DNA of 64,000 nt from Candidatus Doudnabacteria bacterium (GTDB lineage Bacteria; Patescibacteriota; Doudnabacteria; UBA920): the NCBI GenBank assembly GCA_963768175.1, contig CAVYGQ010000001.1, positions 446,305 through 510,304 on the forward strand. The letters are read 5' to 3'. This document shows, in pieces, positions 18,132-28,531 of the stretch. A program made the translations under genes and the position numbers. Positions within the stretch are counted from its first letter, which is position 1; each line of letters opens with the position of its first letter. Below the pieces are notes generated by a model, which was given only the letters and a program-made list of their open reading frames with translations, did not search any database and was not told the DNA's origin.

Positions 18132-20441
18132 TTAAGTTAATTCATACTCCAATTCTTCCCCGTCATCGCGAAAATGCTCCTTGGCCATTCCCTTTAAAGC
18201 TACCTTATCGCGCGGCAAGACTTTTAAAATCCGCGAGGGCTGGCTAATTTGCACGTTGCCAAAAACGCGGCGGTTATGCGTATAGACCAAAAACAGGCGC
18301 TTGCGCGCGCGCGTCAGACCAACGTAAGCCAGGCGGATTTCTTCACTAAGCTCGCTTGGGTCTATCAGGCTGCGGCTGTGCGGCAATATCCCCTCTTCCA
18401 AGCCGACAAAAAACACGTTATCAAATTCCAAACCTTTGGCGGAATGAAGCGTCATTAACGTTACTGCGTCTTTGCTTTCGTCTTTTTGGTCAATTTCCGA
18501 AATGAGCGCGACTTCTTCCAAAAACTCCCGCAACGCTTCCCGCCAAGGTGTATTGCCGAACTTGTGGGCGACATTAACCAACTCTTCAACGTTTTCCCAG
18601 CGCGTTTCCCCTTTTTCGCTGCCGTCGCGCAAATATTTTCCATAACCGGTCTTTTTTAAAATGAGCTTCATCAGCTCCGGCAAAGTGAACTTCCCGTCAA
18701 ATTCGGAAAATCCCTCAATTAGCCCAAAAAACTCCTGTGCCGCCTGCCAGGCTTTAGGCTGGATTTTAACCCCCACACCAAATTTATTTTTAGATACAGT
18801 TAAGGCCAATTCAGATAAATTCTGATCTTTAAAATCGTCTGATTGATTAAAAGATTTGGTGTGGGGGTGAATATCGGCAAAGGCAATTCGGAAGTCGGAA
18901 GTCGGAGAATCCGCTTTTCCGATTTTCCGATTTTCCGATGACGCAATATTGGAATTATACTGATTAAAGTTTAAAATAAAATCCCTAATTACCGCATACG
19001 ATTTATCCCCAATCCCACGCGGCGGCTCGTTAATTACCCGCCTAAGCGAAACCAAGTCGCGGAAATTCAAAGTCAGGCGCAAATACCCCAGCAGGTCTTT
19101 TATTTCCTTGCGTTCGTAAAATTTTAACCCGCCGACAATTTGGTAAGGGATGGAAGCTTCTATCATAACCTCTTCCAAAGCGCGCGACTGCGCGTGGGTC
19201 CGGTATAAAACGCAAAACTCTTTTAAGCTTTCGTGCTTTTTGGATAGTTGCGGGATAAACCCCCGGCCGAATGAAGATGGGTATTTGGCCTGCAATTTTT
19301 TTGCTTTGATAAATCTATCAAGAATGGAAAAAGGCTTGGGTTCGGCCTGATCAAAATCCGCCTCATACGTTGAATCCCCGCTTCCGCGTCCGTCCGCGTT
19401 AAATTCCGCGTCCGTCCGCGTGGATAATTTGATTATCCACCGCGCCACAAATTCGGCCTCGGCGCGCTCGTCTTCCTCGCAGGTTAAAATGATTTTTTCT
19501 CCCTGGACGTTTTCGGTCCACAAAGTTTTGGGTTTTTGCTCCGGGTTCATTTCAATAACTTTTTGCGCGGCATTCAAAATATTTTTGGTACTGCGATAAT
19601 TCTGCTCCAGCTTAATTAACAAACCTTCGGGATAGTCTTTTTCAAAATTTAAAATATTGGTAATGTCGCTACCGCGGAATTTATAAATGCTTTGGGCGTC
19701 GTCCCCCACCACAAAGATATTGTGATGGATTGCCAGCAAAGACAGCAACCGATACTGCACCGGATTTGTGTCCTGATATTCGTCCACCAGCACATAGCTG
19801 AACTTTTTTTGGTATTTTGCCAGAACTTTAGAGAAATTCTCAAAAATTTTTACCATAAGCAAGAGCAGATCGTCAAAGTCCAAAGCGTTTTGTTTGTACA
19901 ACGCGTCCTGATAACGCGCGTAAACCTCGGCCAGTTTTTCGCGCATCGGCGATTCTAATCCTAAATTTAAATCTGCCGGAAGCTGCAATAAATTTTTGGC
20001 GCGCGAAATCAGGGCGCCAAACAAAGACGGCGGCATTTTTTTGCTGTCTATCCTTAAATCCTCCAAAATTTCCCGCAAAACTTTTTGCTGGTCGTCGGTG
20101 TCAAAAATTACAAAGTCGGAAGCGTAGCCCAAGACCGCAATCTCACGGCGCAAGATTCTGGCGCAAACCGAATGGAACGTGCCCATGGTCAGGCTTTCGG
20201 CTGCACCTTTATAGCGGGCCAAAAGTTTTGCCACCCTGCTCCTCATTTCCTTGGCCGCCTTGTTGGTAAAAGTCAGGGCTAAAATGTGCTCGGGTTTCAC
20301 TATGCGCTTATCTATAATATAAGCAATGCGGTACGTCAAAGTTTTGGTCTTCCCGCTGCCCGGCCCGGCCAACACCAAAACCGGCCCCAAGGGAGCTTCT
20401 ACGGCCTGTCGTTGTTTGTCGTTTAGAGAAGATAGATCCAT
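18132..20441 (-). CDS. pcrA: ATP-dependent DNA helicase PcrA/UvrD
   Basis: AGPGSGKT, TFTNKAA, VDEYQDTN, VGDDAQSIY, QNYRST, TLHSAKGLEF, YVGLTRA motifs. Confidence 0.95.
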   Translation of the reverse strand: MDLSSLNDKQRQAVEAPLGPVLVLAGPGSGKTKTLTYRIAYIIDKRIVKPEHILALTFTNKAAKEMRSRVAKLLARYKGAAESLTMGTFHSVCARILRREIAVLGYASDFVIFDTDDQQKVLREILEDLRIDSKKMPPSLFGALISRAKNLLQLPADLNLGLESPMREKLAEVYARYQDALYKQNALDFDDLLLLMVKIFENFSKVLAKYQKKFSYVLVDEYQDTNPVQYRLLSLLAIHHNIFVVGDDAQSIYKFRGSDITNILNFEKDYPEGLLIKLEQNYRSTKNILNAAQKVIEMNPEQKPKTLWTENVQGEKIILTCEEDERAEAEFVARWIIKLSTRTDAEFNADGRGSGDSTYEADFDQAEPKPFSILDRFIKAKKLQAKYPSSFGRGFIPQLSKKHESLKEFCVLYRTHAQSRALEEVMIEASIPYQIVGGLKFYERKEIKDLLGYLRLTLNFRDLVSLRRVINEPPRGIGDKSYAVIRDFILNFNQYNSNIASSENRKIGKADSPTSDFRIAFADIHPHTKSFNQSDDFKDQNLSELALTVSKNKFGVGVKIQPKAWQAAQEFFGLIEGFSEFDGKFTLPELMKLILKKTGYGKYLRDGSEKGETRWENVEELVNVAHKFGNTPWREALREFLEEVALISEIDQKDESKDAVTLMTLHSAKGLEFDNVFFVGLEEGILPHSRSLIDPSELSEEIRLAYVGLTRARKRLFLVYTHNRRVFGNVQISQPSRILKVLPRDKVALKGMAKEHFRDDGEELEYELT
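18769..18868. mobile_element. 100-bp miniature element ACCCCCACACCAAAT...ATTTGGTGTGGGGGT in-frame in pcrA
   Basis: Perfect 15-bp TIR; encodes HPHTKSF...KFGVGV. Confidence 0.85.
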
Positions 20442-21003
20442 TGCATCATTTTAACATACTATCATCTTAACATTACCGCCAAACCTCCGTGATGATAAAA
20501 TGTTAATATGTCAGAATGTTAAAATGATAATGTTTCCCCCTTGTTTAAAACCCTTTAGCCAAAATCCCCTTTAAATTCAACAAAAAGCGGATAACTTGTG
20601 GATTAAAACCTTGCCCGAAGCTTAAGGTCTTGCTAAACTTAATTTTAGATATAAAAAATATTAAGAATATTTAAGCAAATTTTTGCTAATATTGGCAAGG
20701 CGCAAAAAACAGGCCAAAATTAGCCTACCGATCTTCTTTGAAGGACAACTAGCTTAAATATTCGTTATCTTTTTAGGGCACTTTAGCAATATCCGACAAA
20801 ATTCCAACCCTCACCCTAACAAGATAAAAGGGAAAACAATACCCGAGTTAAAATCTTGGCTGTCTCAATTAAAAAGGACATTTGCAAAGACAGCTTTTTT
20901 CTTACAATACTATAGTAAAAAACTCTTTTCCCAAATCAAAAAAAGAGCGCCCTCTCTCAAAAAGCTTCATTTTGAGAGTTTTCCTGCTATCCACATAAAA
21001 CGC

Positions 21004-22173
21004 ATGGACTGGCTGGATTTTTTGTTTAAATTTTCCAGCGAACTTTTGGTGGTAATTTTAAGCTTGATGGTGGGCGGCTTAAATTTATTTTACTTCCACA
21101 TGGCTGTTTTCCGGGACCAAAGCTTAGCCAGCGTTTTTATTAACCACCACCAAAACGCTAATCCCCTTCTCTACGCCAAGAACAACAGCATTGTAACCAT
21201 AGTCTCCTCTCAAGGCGGCATTATCCCCCAGGCACAAGCCGACGATTTTACCGGCTTAGGCAGCCAAACCGCCGCCGATAATACAGGCGACACCGCCTTA
21301 GGCAGCAGCAACATCGTGCTCAGCGACGACAACAGTATTCTGGCGCCAAACCCCGATACCATTCAGGGCCTGATGGACCAAGCCGTCAAAAAGGTCTATA
21401 CCACCCAAGCAGGCGACACCCTGCAGTCAATTGCCGCCGCCTACGGCGTTTCACCCGACAGCATCCGCTGGAGCAACCCGTCCCTGACTTCAGATAGCAT
21501 AAAACCCGGATGGGATTTGGTTATTCCCCCCATAGACGGCGTGGCCGTGACCGCCGGCAACAACGACACCCTGCCGGATTTGGCGGCCAGGTACAATCCT
21601 TTAAGGTACAATTCCGATAAAACTGCCCGCGACAACAGCGCCGCCCAACTGCTGGACTCAATTATTTCCTATAACGGCTTAGACAGCGCCGAAGACATTA
21701 ATCCCGGCGACTTTTTAATTATCCCCGGCGGAGTAGTGGCCGTGCCTCCCGTGGCGCCCAAACCTCCTAAAACCAAATCCACCAAACCTACCGCGCCGGA
21801 CAACAGCATTAACGACGTTACCAGCGTAAGTTCCGGCTACGATGACATCAACCATCTGTTCCCCAGAGGCTACTGCACCTATTATGTGGCCACCCAAATG
21901 AAAATAACCTTTGGCGGCAACGCCAAAAACTGGCTGGCCAACGCTAAGGCTTCCGGCTATGTAACCGGCAACGAGCCGGCGCCCCGTTCGGCCGTGGTAA
22001 TGACCGGCCCCAAAGGCGCCCTGCGCCGCTACGGCCATGTGGCTTACGTAAATTCCGTCAATGGTGACGATACTATAACTATTTCCGAAATGAACTATGA
22101 CCACTTTAACCGCGTTGATACCCGCACCCTTTCCGCCACCGACCCCAACATCCGCGGATATATTTATCCTTAG
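21004..22173 (+). CDS. LysM plus CHAP domain peptidoglycan hydrolase
   Basis: GDTLQSIAAAYGVS LysM; GYCTYYV, YGHVAYV, ISEMNY CHAP motifs; true start may lie upstream. Confidence 0.9.
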   Translation: MDWLDFLFKFSSELLVVILSLMVGGLNLFYFHMAVFRDQSLASVFINHHQNANPLLYAKNNSIVTIVSSQGGIIPQAQADDFTGLGSQTAADNTGDTALGSSNIVLSDDNSILAPNPDTIQGLMDQAVKKVYTTQAGDTLQSIAAAYGVSPDSIRWSNPSLTSDSIKPGWDLVIPPIDGVAVTAGNNDTLPDLAARYNPLRYNSDKTARDNSAAQLLDSIISYNGLDSAEDINPGDFLIIPGGVVAVPPVAPKPPKTKSTKPTAPDNSINDVTSVSSGYDDINHLFPRGYCTYYVATQMKITFGGNAKNWLANAKASGYVTGNEPAPRSAVVMTGPKGALRRYGHVAYVNSVNGDDTITISEMNYDHFNRVDTRTLSATDPNIRGYIYP

Positions 22174-22337
22174 CAGGACTTACGCACCGCCGCTTTTTGG
22201 GCTGGCGGAGCCAGACCCTCAAAGCGGCTTTGGCCAATTTCTTCGTTATTTTGCTGCGGTTTTATTCGCCGTACCTAAAGTACGCCTCATAAAATCCTCA
22301 CAAAATGCCTCGAAATTGGCTCAATGCGGAAGTCCTG
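22174..22337. mobile_element. MITE-like element with TIR CAGGACTTACGCA...TGCGGAAGTCCTG
   Basis: 13-bp TIR with 1 mismatch immediately after the stop codon; long internal hairpin. Confidence 0.75.
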
Positions 22338-22350
22338 CAAAATTCCCCCC

Positions 22351-22388
22351 GGCGTCATCCTGAGCGAGCGGAGCGAGTGAAGGATCTC
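22351..22388. repeat. Half copy of the CGTC-type element
   Basis: GGCGTCATCCTGAGCG...GAAGGATCTC left arm only. Confidence 0.75.
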
Positions 22389-22467
22389 TTAATAAAATAA
22401 AACCCCGGATTTACCCGAGGTTTTTTTGATCCCTAATTCCTAATTTTTGCTTCCTAATTCCAGCCTC

Positions 22468-24309
22468 CTACGGAATTACCTGCCCGTTGCCAAAACCATT
22501 GGTACCGGCCACGTCGGAGGTGGTGATATCGTCGGCGGAAATATTTACGGCCTGGGAGGTAAATAAATCGTTGGCCGTAAAGTTTATGGTATTGACTAAA
22601 GTCGGCGACTGGTTAACCTGCGAAGACGAAGGGCTTAAAGTTATCTGGAACTCCAAAACCCTGGGCTGGCTAAAACGCCCCGTGTTAGCGGGCAGGCTGC
22701 CTACGTTCCAGGTTAACTTGTTTGTAGAAGGGTCAAACTGGGCATTGGCCAACTCGGCCCCAGTTACGCTGCCGGCAATAAACCCCGACGGGATAAACGC
22801 CGTGAGTACGCCGTTTGAAAAATCATTGCTGGAATTACTCAGCGCAAAATGGACTTTATAAACGGTAGTTTTCCCGACCTCCGGAGGCAACTGGCCGGAA
22901 ACAAAACTCAATACAGTACTGATTTTAGAAGGGCTGGAAATTTTTAAGTTCAGCTGGCCGCCAGGAAAAGCGGAAGAGTATTCATTGGACTGGATTTGGA
23001 TGCTGGAAACCAAAGTCAAATTTTTGGAAGAATCTTTGACGGCCGGATTATTTATTTTTACGCTGAACGATAAATCCCCGGACTGGCTGGGCGAAAGGCT
23101 CTGGAGCTGTGGCACGCCGGAGGCGTTCCACAAAATAGTGTTGTTATTAACCTGTCCGCCCTGGGTGCGGATGGAGCTTAAATCCACGGCTTTGGAATTT
23201 AGAGTCACCTGGACATTTACGCCCGTGGCCACGGTGCTGGCGTTATTTTGGTAATGCACGGTGAAATTCAGGGTGTCACCGGGATTAATTACATTGTTGG
23301 AATTGGCCTGCTCAAGGCTTTGGGTCACGAGCAGCGGCAGACTGGAAATGGCGGTAACAAAGGAAGATGTATTTTGAACGGAATACTGTCCGTCGGACCC
23401 TAGGACCAAAAATTCGGCCTGGGCAGTTTTACTTTCCCCGGGATTTGAGGAGTTAAACGTGCCCTGAATTTGGATATTCCCCTGCCCGCTATTGGCAAGC
23501 GTACCGATGTCCCAGGTGTCGGTGCCTGAATCCGGCGGCGGCGTTGCTGAAGCAAAACTAAAGCCGTCGGGATAAACCATTTTTATCCGGGTATTTTGCA
23601 TATCAGCCCCGGAATTATTCTGATATTTTATCGTATAAAGCACCAACTGGGCATTGTTGGTGGTCGCCGGACCGTCCAGCTCAATCATTACGTTTGAAGC
23701 CAAAAGCGTAATTGTGGAAGTCTGGTCCTTAACAAATTGCAAGCTGAAATTGGGGTATTGGTAATGCAACTTGATATCTAAAGTTTTTTGGTCATTGACG
23801 TTTCCCGTGACTTTGGTTTTAACAATCACCACGGCATTTTGGCCGGAGATTAAATCGGGAACGGTAAACATGCTGCCGGATATATTTTGCGCCTGCGGAC
23901 TGCTATTTTCATAAGTTTCACCGTCGGGATAAGTCAGCTCCAAAGTCATGTTTGTTAATTTTTGGCTATCATTATTTTGCACTGTAATTGTATAAACCGC
24001 TTCGCCGCCGCTGGCTACCGTTTGGGGAACATCTACCGAAATATTGACATTGGCTTCCTTCGGCGCCACGGCCGGAGATTTTCTAAAGGCAAAATAAGCC
24101 AGTACGCCTATAATGACTACGCCGACTAATATGGCAAAAAAATACCATTTATTGGCCCGGTAAAAAGCCTTAAACCCTCCGCCTTCGCTGCTTTCACCGT
24201 CAGAAACCATAATTTGCCCTCTGACGTCGGAATCTAAAATCGGCGTTTCCACGGTCTTTTTTATGAATTGCGGATTTTGGGAGGGATCGGCAGGTTTTGT
24301 TTCGTCCAT
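22468..24309 (-). CDS. Membrane-anchored Ig-like repeat (DUF11-like) surface protein
   Basis: One TM helix then repeated beta-sandwich motifs (YTITVQN, YTIKYQN, FTVHYQN, LTWNVG). Confidence 0.75.
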   Translation of the reverse strand: MDETKPADPSQNPQFIKKTVETPILDSDVRGQIMVSDGESSEGGGFKAFYRANKWYFFAILVGVVIIGVLAYFAFRKSPAVAPKEANVNISVDVPQTVASGGEAVYTITVQNNDSQKLTNMTLELTYPDGETYENSSPQAQNISGSMFTVPDLISGQNAVVIVKTKVTGNVNDQKTLDIKLHYQYPNFSLQFVKDQTSTITLLASNVMIELDGPATTNNAQLVLYTIKYQNNSGADMQNTRIKMVYPDGFSFASATPPPDSGTDTWDIGTLANSGQGNIQIQGTFNSSNPGESKTAQAEFLVLGSDGQYSVQNTSSFVTAISSLPLLVTQSLEQANSNNVINPGDTLNFTVHYQNNASTVATGVNVQVTLNSKAVDLSSIRTQGGQVNNNTILWNASGVPQLQSLSPSQSGDLSFSVKINNPAVKDSSKNLTLVSSIQIQSNEYSSAFPGGQLNLKISSPSKISTVLSFVSGQLPPEVGKTTVYKVHFALSNSSNDFSNGVLTAFIPSGFIAGSVTGAELANAQFDPSTNKLTWNVGSLPANTGRFSQPRVLEFQITLSPSSSQVNQSPTLVNTINFTANDLFTSQAVNISADDITTSDVAGTNGFGNGQVIP

Positions 24310-24398
24310 AAAGTATATAATTAATTACTTATATTATACCACAAAGACTGGCCTGTTAGGATCACACGCCAACAATGGGCGTCATTGTTTCCGGAACA

Positions 24399-25115
24399 TT
24401 ATTGTTTTAAATATTTTTCCGACTTAACTTTTCTTTCCAGCTGGTATTCTATAAACTCTGATAACAGATTTTGCAGGTCTTTTTCCCCCGCTGTGTTTTT
24501 GGCTTTCCGCAAATTTTCAAATCCAACAGCCTGCAGCTCCAAAAATAATCGGTAAACTACCTGGCTGACTTTTAATGCATCGGCCGAGGCTCGCCGGCTA
24601 AAGCCGCCCCTTAAAGCGCTAAAAAAAATCCGGCCGCCCTCCCCCGCCCCGGCGCTGCCCTTTACGCCCAAACCCAGAGCCCGCAAAATTTCCAGTTTAA
24701 ATTTTGCCAGGGCCAAATCCAAAACCGGTTCGGGATTTTTAGAATTCAAAAATTCCAAAAAATTTTCCAGCAATACAAACAACGGTTGATTTTTTTGCTC
24801 ATCGGGAGTAAATTTCAACACCAGTTCCTGCGCGTAAAAAGCCCGCTTTAAACTTTCCAGATTTTCCCGCAACCGCTGAAAAACTTTTACGGGCTCAACC
24901 GAAATAATTTTGGGCAGCCGGCCGTGAGAAAAACTTAAATTTACCAAAAATAAAGCCTGCAGTTTTTGCTGCAGCTTGGACTTGGACAACTTAACCGACT
25001 TGGCCAAGCAGCGGATTTTCCCCAGCTCTAAGGTATAAAAGGTAATAATCTCATCACCCTCGTTAAAAGGCTGTTTTTTTAAAATTACTGCCAGGCAGTT
25101 GGTTTCTCTGGACAT
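24399..25115 (-). CDS. recO: DNA repair protein RecO
   Basis: VILKKQPFNEGDEIITFYTLELGKIRCLAKSV OB-fold N-terminus; C-terminal KVKSEKYL. Confidence 0.88.
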   Translation of the reverse strand: MSRETNCLAVILKKQPFNEGDEIITFYTLELGKIRCLAKSVKLSKSKLQQKLQALFLVNLSFSHGRLPKIISVEPVKVFQRLRENLESLKRAFYAQELVLKFTPDEQKNQPLFVLLENFLEFLNSKNPEPVLDLALAKFKLEILRALGLGVKGSAGAGEGGRIFFSALRGGFSRRASADALKVSQVVYRLFLELQAVGFENLRKAKNTAGEKDLQNLLSEFIEYQLERKVKSEKYLKQ

Positions 25116-25244
25116 TGGAAAGTTATTTAGATTTACTTAAGTATAGCAAAATCGGAACAAAAACCATAAATAATTTTTTGTCTATACGGTTTGTTTGTGA
25201 TAAAATTAGCAAAGGGAACTTAATACATAATTTAAAATAACTTT

Positions 25245-26282
25245 ATGAAAGCTGCTATTTTTTACGGCCCGCGCGACATTCGAGTGGAGGAAGTTCCGGA
25301 TCCAAAAATCCAAAACCCCGATGAAGCGGTTGTTAGAGTCACATACAGCTGCATTTGCGGCTCGGATTTATGGCCGTACCGTGGGTTGGTGCCAAGGCAG
25401 GCGCCCAGCCGCATTGGGCACGAATTTATGGGGGTGGTGGAAGAGATCGGGCCGGCGGTCAAAAACGTCCGTGTTGGGGATTTGGTTGTGGCGCCGTTCA
25501 TTCCCGTGGACGGAACCTGCCCGGAATGTTTGGCCGGCATGTCCAGCGCCTGTAGAAGCCGCAAAAGCTGGGGCGTAAACGGCTATGACGGCTGCCAGGG
25601 CGAAAAAATCCGCGTGCCTTTGGCGGACGGGACTTTGTTTAAAATTCCAAAAGAAAAAGCTCCGGAATCGCTGATGCCTGCTTTGCTGCCTTTATCGGAT
25701 GTCTTATGCACCGGCCATCACGCCGCGGTTTCCGCGGGTGTCGGTCCGGGGAAAACCGTTACCGTAGTCGGCGACGGCGCGGTTGGTTTGTGCGCCGTGG
25801 CCGCCAGTAAACGCCTTGGCGCCAAACAAATTATTTTAATCAGCACCCATGAAGACCGCGCAAAAATCGGCAGACAGTTCGGGGCGACCGACATTGTTGA
25901 AAAGCGCGAGGAAGAAGCTGTGGCGGTTATCAAAAATATGACCGATAATCTAGGAGTGGATTGCGCTTTGGAATGTGTGGGCCTGCCCGCCTCCTGGAAA
26001 ACCGTGTTTGGCGTAGTCAGGCCCGGCGGCAATATCGGCTTTGTGGGCGTGCCCGTGGGCGTCCCAGACATAATAGTTAGGGATTTATTGAACAGCAACG
26101 TCGGCGTCAAGGGCGGCATAGCGCCGGCTGCCACTTATATTCCCCAGCTGATGCCGGATGTGCTTTCGGGCAAACTTGACGTCTCCGCCGTCTTTACCAG
26201 AACCATGGCCTTAAAAGATATTGCCGAAGGCTACCGCGCCATGGACGAACGCAAAGATATAAAAGTTCTGGTTAAACCATAA
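25245..26282 (+). CDS. Zinc-dependent alcohol dehydrogenase (MDR family)
   Basis: CICGSDL, GHEFMGVV, VGDGAVG motifs. Confidence 0.92.
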   Translation: MKAAIFYGPRDIRVEEVPDPKIQNPDEAVVRVTYSCICGSDLWPYRGLVPRQAPSRIGHEFMGVVEEIGPAVKNVRVGDLVVAPFIPVDGTCPECLAGMSSACRSRKSWGVNGYDGCQGEKIRVPLADGTLFKIPKEKAPESLMPALLPLSDVLCTGHHAAVSAGVGPGKTVTVVGDGAVGLCAVAASKRLGAKQIILISTHEDRAKIGRQFGATDIVEKREEEAVAVIKNMTDNLGVDCALECVGLPASWKTVFGVVRPGGNIGFVGVPVGVPDIIVRDLLNSNVGVKGGIAPAATYIPQLMPDVLSGKLDVSAVFTRTMALKDIAEGYRAMDERKDIKVLVKP

Positions 26283-26299
26283 AATAATCTTCGAATTAA

Positions 26300-26336
26300 A
26301 AAATCACCCTGCCACTACGAAAGGCAAGGTGATTTT
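26300..26336. terminator. Bidirectional intrinsic terminator
   Basis: AAAATCACC-TGCC...GGCA-GGTGATTTT hairpin between convergent genes. Confidence 0.7.
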
Positions 26337-26350
26337 AATTATCCATTAGT

Positions 26351-27418
26351 TTAGAATCCAAACATGCGCTTAAAGAAATTGCCGAAACCGCCAAACATAT
26401 GGCTTATGCCGCTTGTTATGCCGCCAATAATGCCGTGCTGATGCTGCTGATTACTGCCCGGATTGTTTGTATTGGGATTTACGGTTGCTTTTTGATCAAT
26501 CACTGACGAAGCGGTTACGCTTGTGCCGTTAACTGTTCCTTGGACCACCAAATTATCCCCGACTGCGACATTTGAAATTGTCGGGCTTGCCACTCCCGCT
26601 ACAACAAATTTGGCATTAGTGGCATCAATAGTGTATGTGACATTGCTTTTGTTTGTAATCGTAATGCTGTTTCCGCTTATTGCGGTCACGCTCCCCGCCA
26701 CCACCGGCTCGCCGTTGCCTTGGATCGCCTGCTGGGCTACCCCGTCTTTTATGGTTGTGGCGGTTACACTAGCACCGCTCACTGTTCCTTGAATCATTAC
26801 CGTATCACCGACAGCTATGGCGGATACGGAAGAGGCCTGTCCGCTCTTGGTTACCGTTGCGTTTGAAGCGTCAACCGTATAGGTTGTGGTTGCGGTCGTG
26901 CTGCTAAAACCCTGGCTGCTTGTAACGGTCAGCGTGGTTCCGCTTATTGATGCGACGGTGCCTCTGATTCCCATTCCGCCCGGCCTAATGGCCGGATTTG
27001 CGGTTCCTGGGTTACCTCGCCTTGAGCCTCTTCCCGCCATAATTCCATCCCGTATGGTTGTGGCGGTTACGGTGGCGCCGCTTACTGTTCCCTGTATCAA
27101 GACTGTATCGCCCACGGCGATACTTGAAACCGTGCTTGCCGCGTTATTCTTTGTTACGGTAGCGTTAGTGGCGTCTACCGTATAGGTTGTGGTTGCGGTC
27201 GTGCTGCTAAAACCTTGCCTACCGGTGACCGTTAAGATATCGCCGCTTATCGCGGAAACCGTGCCAATAACAGCCGGCGGCTGGCCGCCGTTCACCCTTC
27301 CACCAAAACCGCCCGGCCCTCCTCCTTGCCCTTGCCACTGCTGGGCAAAAACCGGCGTTGCTAAAGCTAAGCTACCCAAAGTTGCCAACACTATGATTAA
27401 CGAAATATATTTTCTCAT
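26351..27418 (-). CDS. Secreted protein with three DUF5666-like repeats
   Basis: Repeated GTVSAISG..TYTVDA..IAVGD.V.IQGTV units; signal peptide. Confidence 0.8.
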   Translation of the reverse strand: MRKYISLIIVLATLGSLALATPVFAQQWQGQGGGPGGFGGRVNGGQPPAVIGTVSAISGDILTVTGRQGFSSTTATTTYTVDATNATVTKNNAASTVSSIAVGDTVLIQGTVSGATVTATTIRDGIMAGRGSRRGNPGTANPAIRPGGMGIRGTVASISGTTLTVTSSQGFSSTTATTTYTVDASNATVTKSGQASSVSAIAVGDTVMIQGTVSGASVTATTIKDGVAQQAIQGNGEPVVAGSVTAISGNSITITNKSNVTYTIDATNAKFVVAGVASPTISNVAVGDNLVVQGTVNGTSVTASSVIDQKATVNPNTNNPGSNQQHQHGIIGGITSGISHMFGGFGNFFKRMFGF

Positions 27419-27752
27419 ATTTGTCGCGTTTCTTTCTTTCTATAACGAAAGTTAATTTTTTTATAACGGCCTTTATGCAACAATAATACGAACGCCGGAT
27501 GCAAAAAGGTTCATTAAAAAAATTGCATTGACAAGCGATAATTATTAATTAGGTAAAACTTAAAGCTCTCGTTTACAAAAAAACTGCGGATGTTTAGTCC
27601 GCAATTTTTGGTTTAAATTCTAGTTGGCTGGCCACGTCGCTCGCGAGCGATGTGGCTGTGGGGATCAGTTACCCACCTACCAGATAGCAACATTATAAGG
27701 GCTTTTGGAAGATCTTGTCAGCGGCCTGTTGACGCTCCTCGGTCGTGCATAT

Positions 27753-28481
27753 TTAGTAAATTTTTCGCCAGCGTTTAAAAGCTTTAACATCCGAAGAATT
27801 CAAATTAAACCATTCACCCCTCTTCCGTTTAGATGTAAATCTAGTATGCCAGTATTTCTCAATACCATCCATATCGTCTGTTTCTATCTCATGAATCAAT
27901 TTAAACGGTTCCGACCCTAGTAATGTAATGTCTTCTCGACGACGGTTTGCGTCCTTTGCTTTACCAATTTTATAATCTCCATGTTGCTTGCCTAAATAAA
28001 CAAAACCTTTAGATACTAATGGATCCTCAGAGGTCCTGTCTAGATTTTCAAATCCCTCAAAAACTAAATTACATATTTCTACAATGTCCTTATATTTTTT
28101 TTTGTTTTCAACGAATTCAAGAATAGTTTTTGCCAGATTTCTTGTTAAACCAAGTTTTTTATAAAATGTTGCTGAGTTGGGAAAGCTCAAATCATTGTGA
28201 TGTTTAACATCTAAATCACCTCTCGTTGGCCATTTACGCTTTTCACGAATAACAGTTATAAAAATTTCACATAATTGATCATGACTATATTTAGTTTTAT
28301 CAAACTTATTAGGAGTTAATCCTGCTTCACGAACGAGTTCGCCGTAATTAGACCAGTGTTTCATTCGTTCATATCTATTGACATCAGTGTTTTCGTAAAA
28401 GCTTGACTCGCTTGGTGTCTTGCCGTCATTCAACTGAGTATACTTTTGGATTTCCTTTATTATCTCATCTTTTGTAAACAT
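27753..28481 (-). CDS. T5orf172/MUG113-type GIY-YIG domain protein with N-terminal helical repeats
   Basis: GFVYL..YKIGKA..RR, IEKYWHTRF..KRKRGEWFNL; two similar N-terminal repeats; AT-rich; downstream of tRNA-Gln. Confidence 0.8.
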   Translation of the reverse strand: MFTKDEIIKEIQKYTQLNDGKTPSESSFYENTDVNRYERMKHWSNYGELVREAGLTPNKFDKTKYSHDQLCEIFITVIREKRKWPTRGDLDVKHHNDLSFPNSATFYKKLGLTRNLAKTILEFVENKKKYKDIVEICNLVFEGFENLDRTSEDPLVSKGFVYLGKQHGDYKIGKAKDANRRREDITLLGSEPFKLIHEIETDDMDGIEKYWHTRFTSKRKRGEWFNLNSSDVKAFKRWRKIY

Positions 28482-28531
28482 AAATTATTGAAATTAATTA
28501 CGCACCTCGGTTACTTACTAAAAAAAGTTGA

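Noticed and set aside
20587-20606. DnaA boxes or oriC between pcrA and the LysM gene
   Set aside because: Only two imperfect boxes and no dnaA or dnaN nearby
27624-27665. att-site duplication of the tRNA-Gln 3' end
   Set aside because: Match limited to about 7-8 bp (TGGCTGG / TGGCTGTGGGG) and no integrase present
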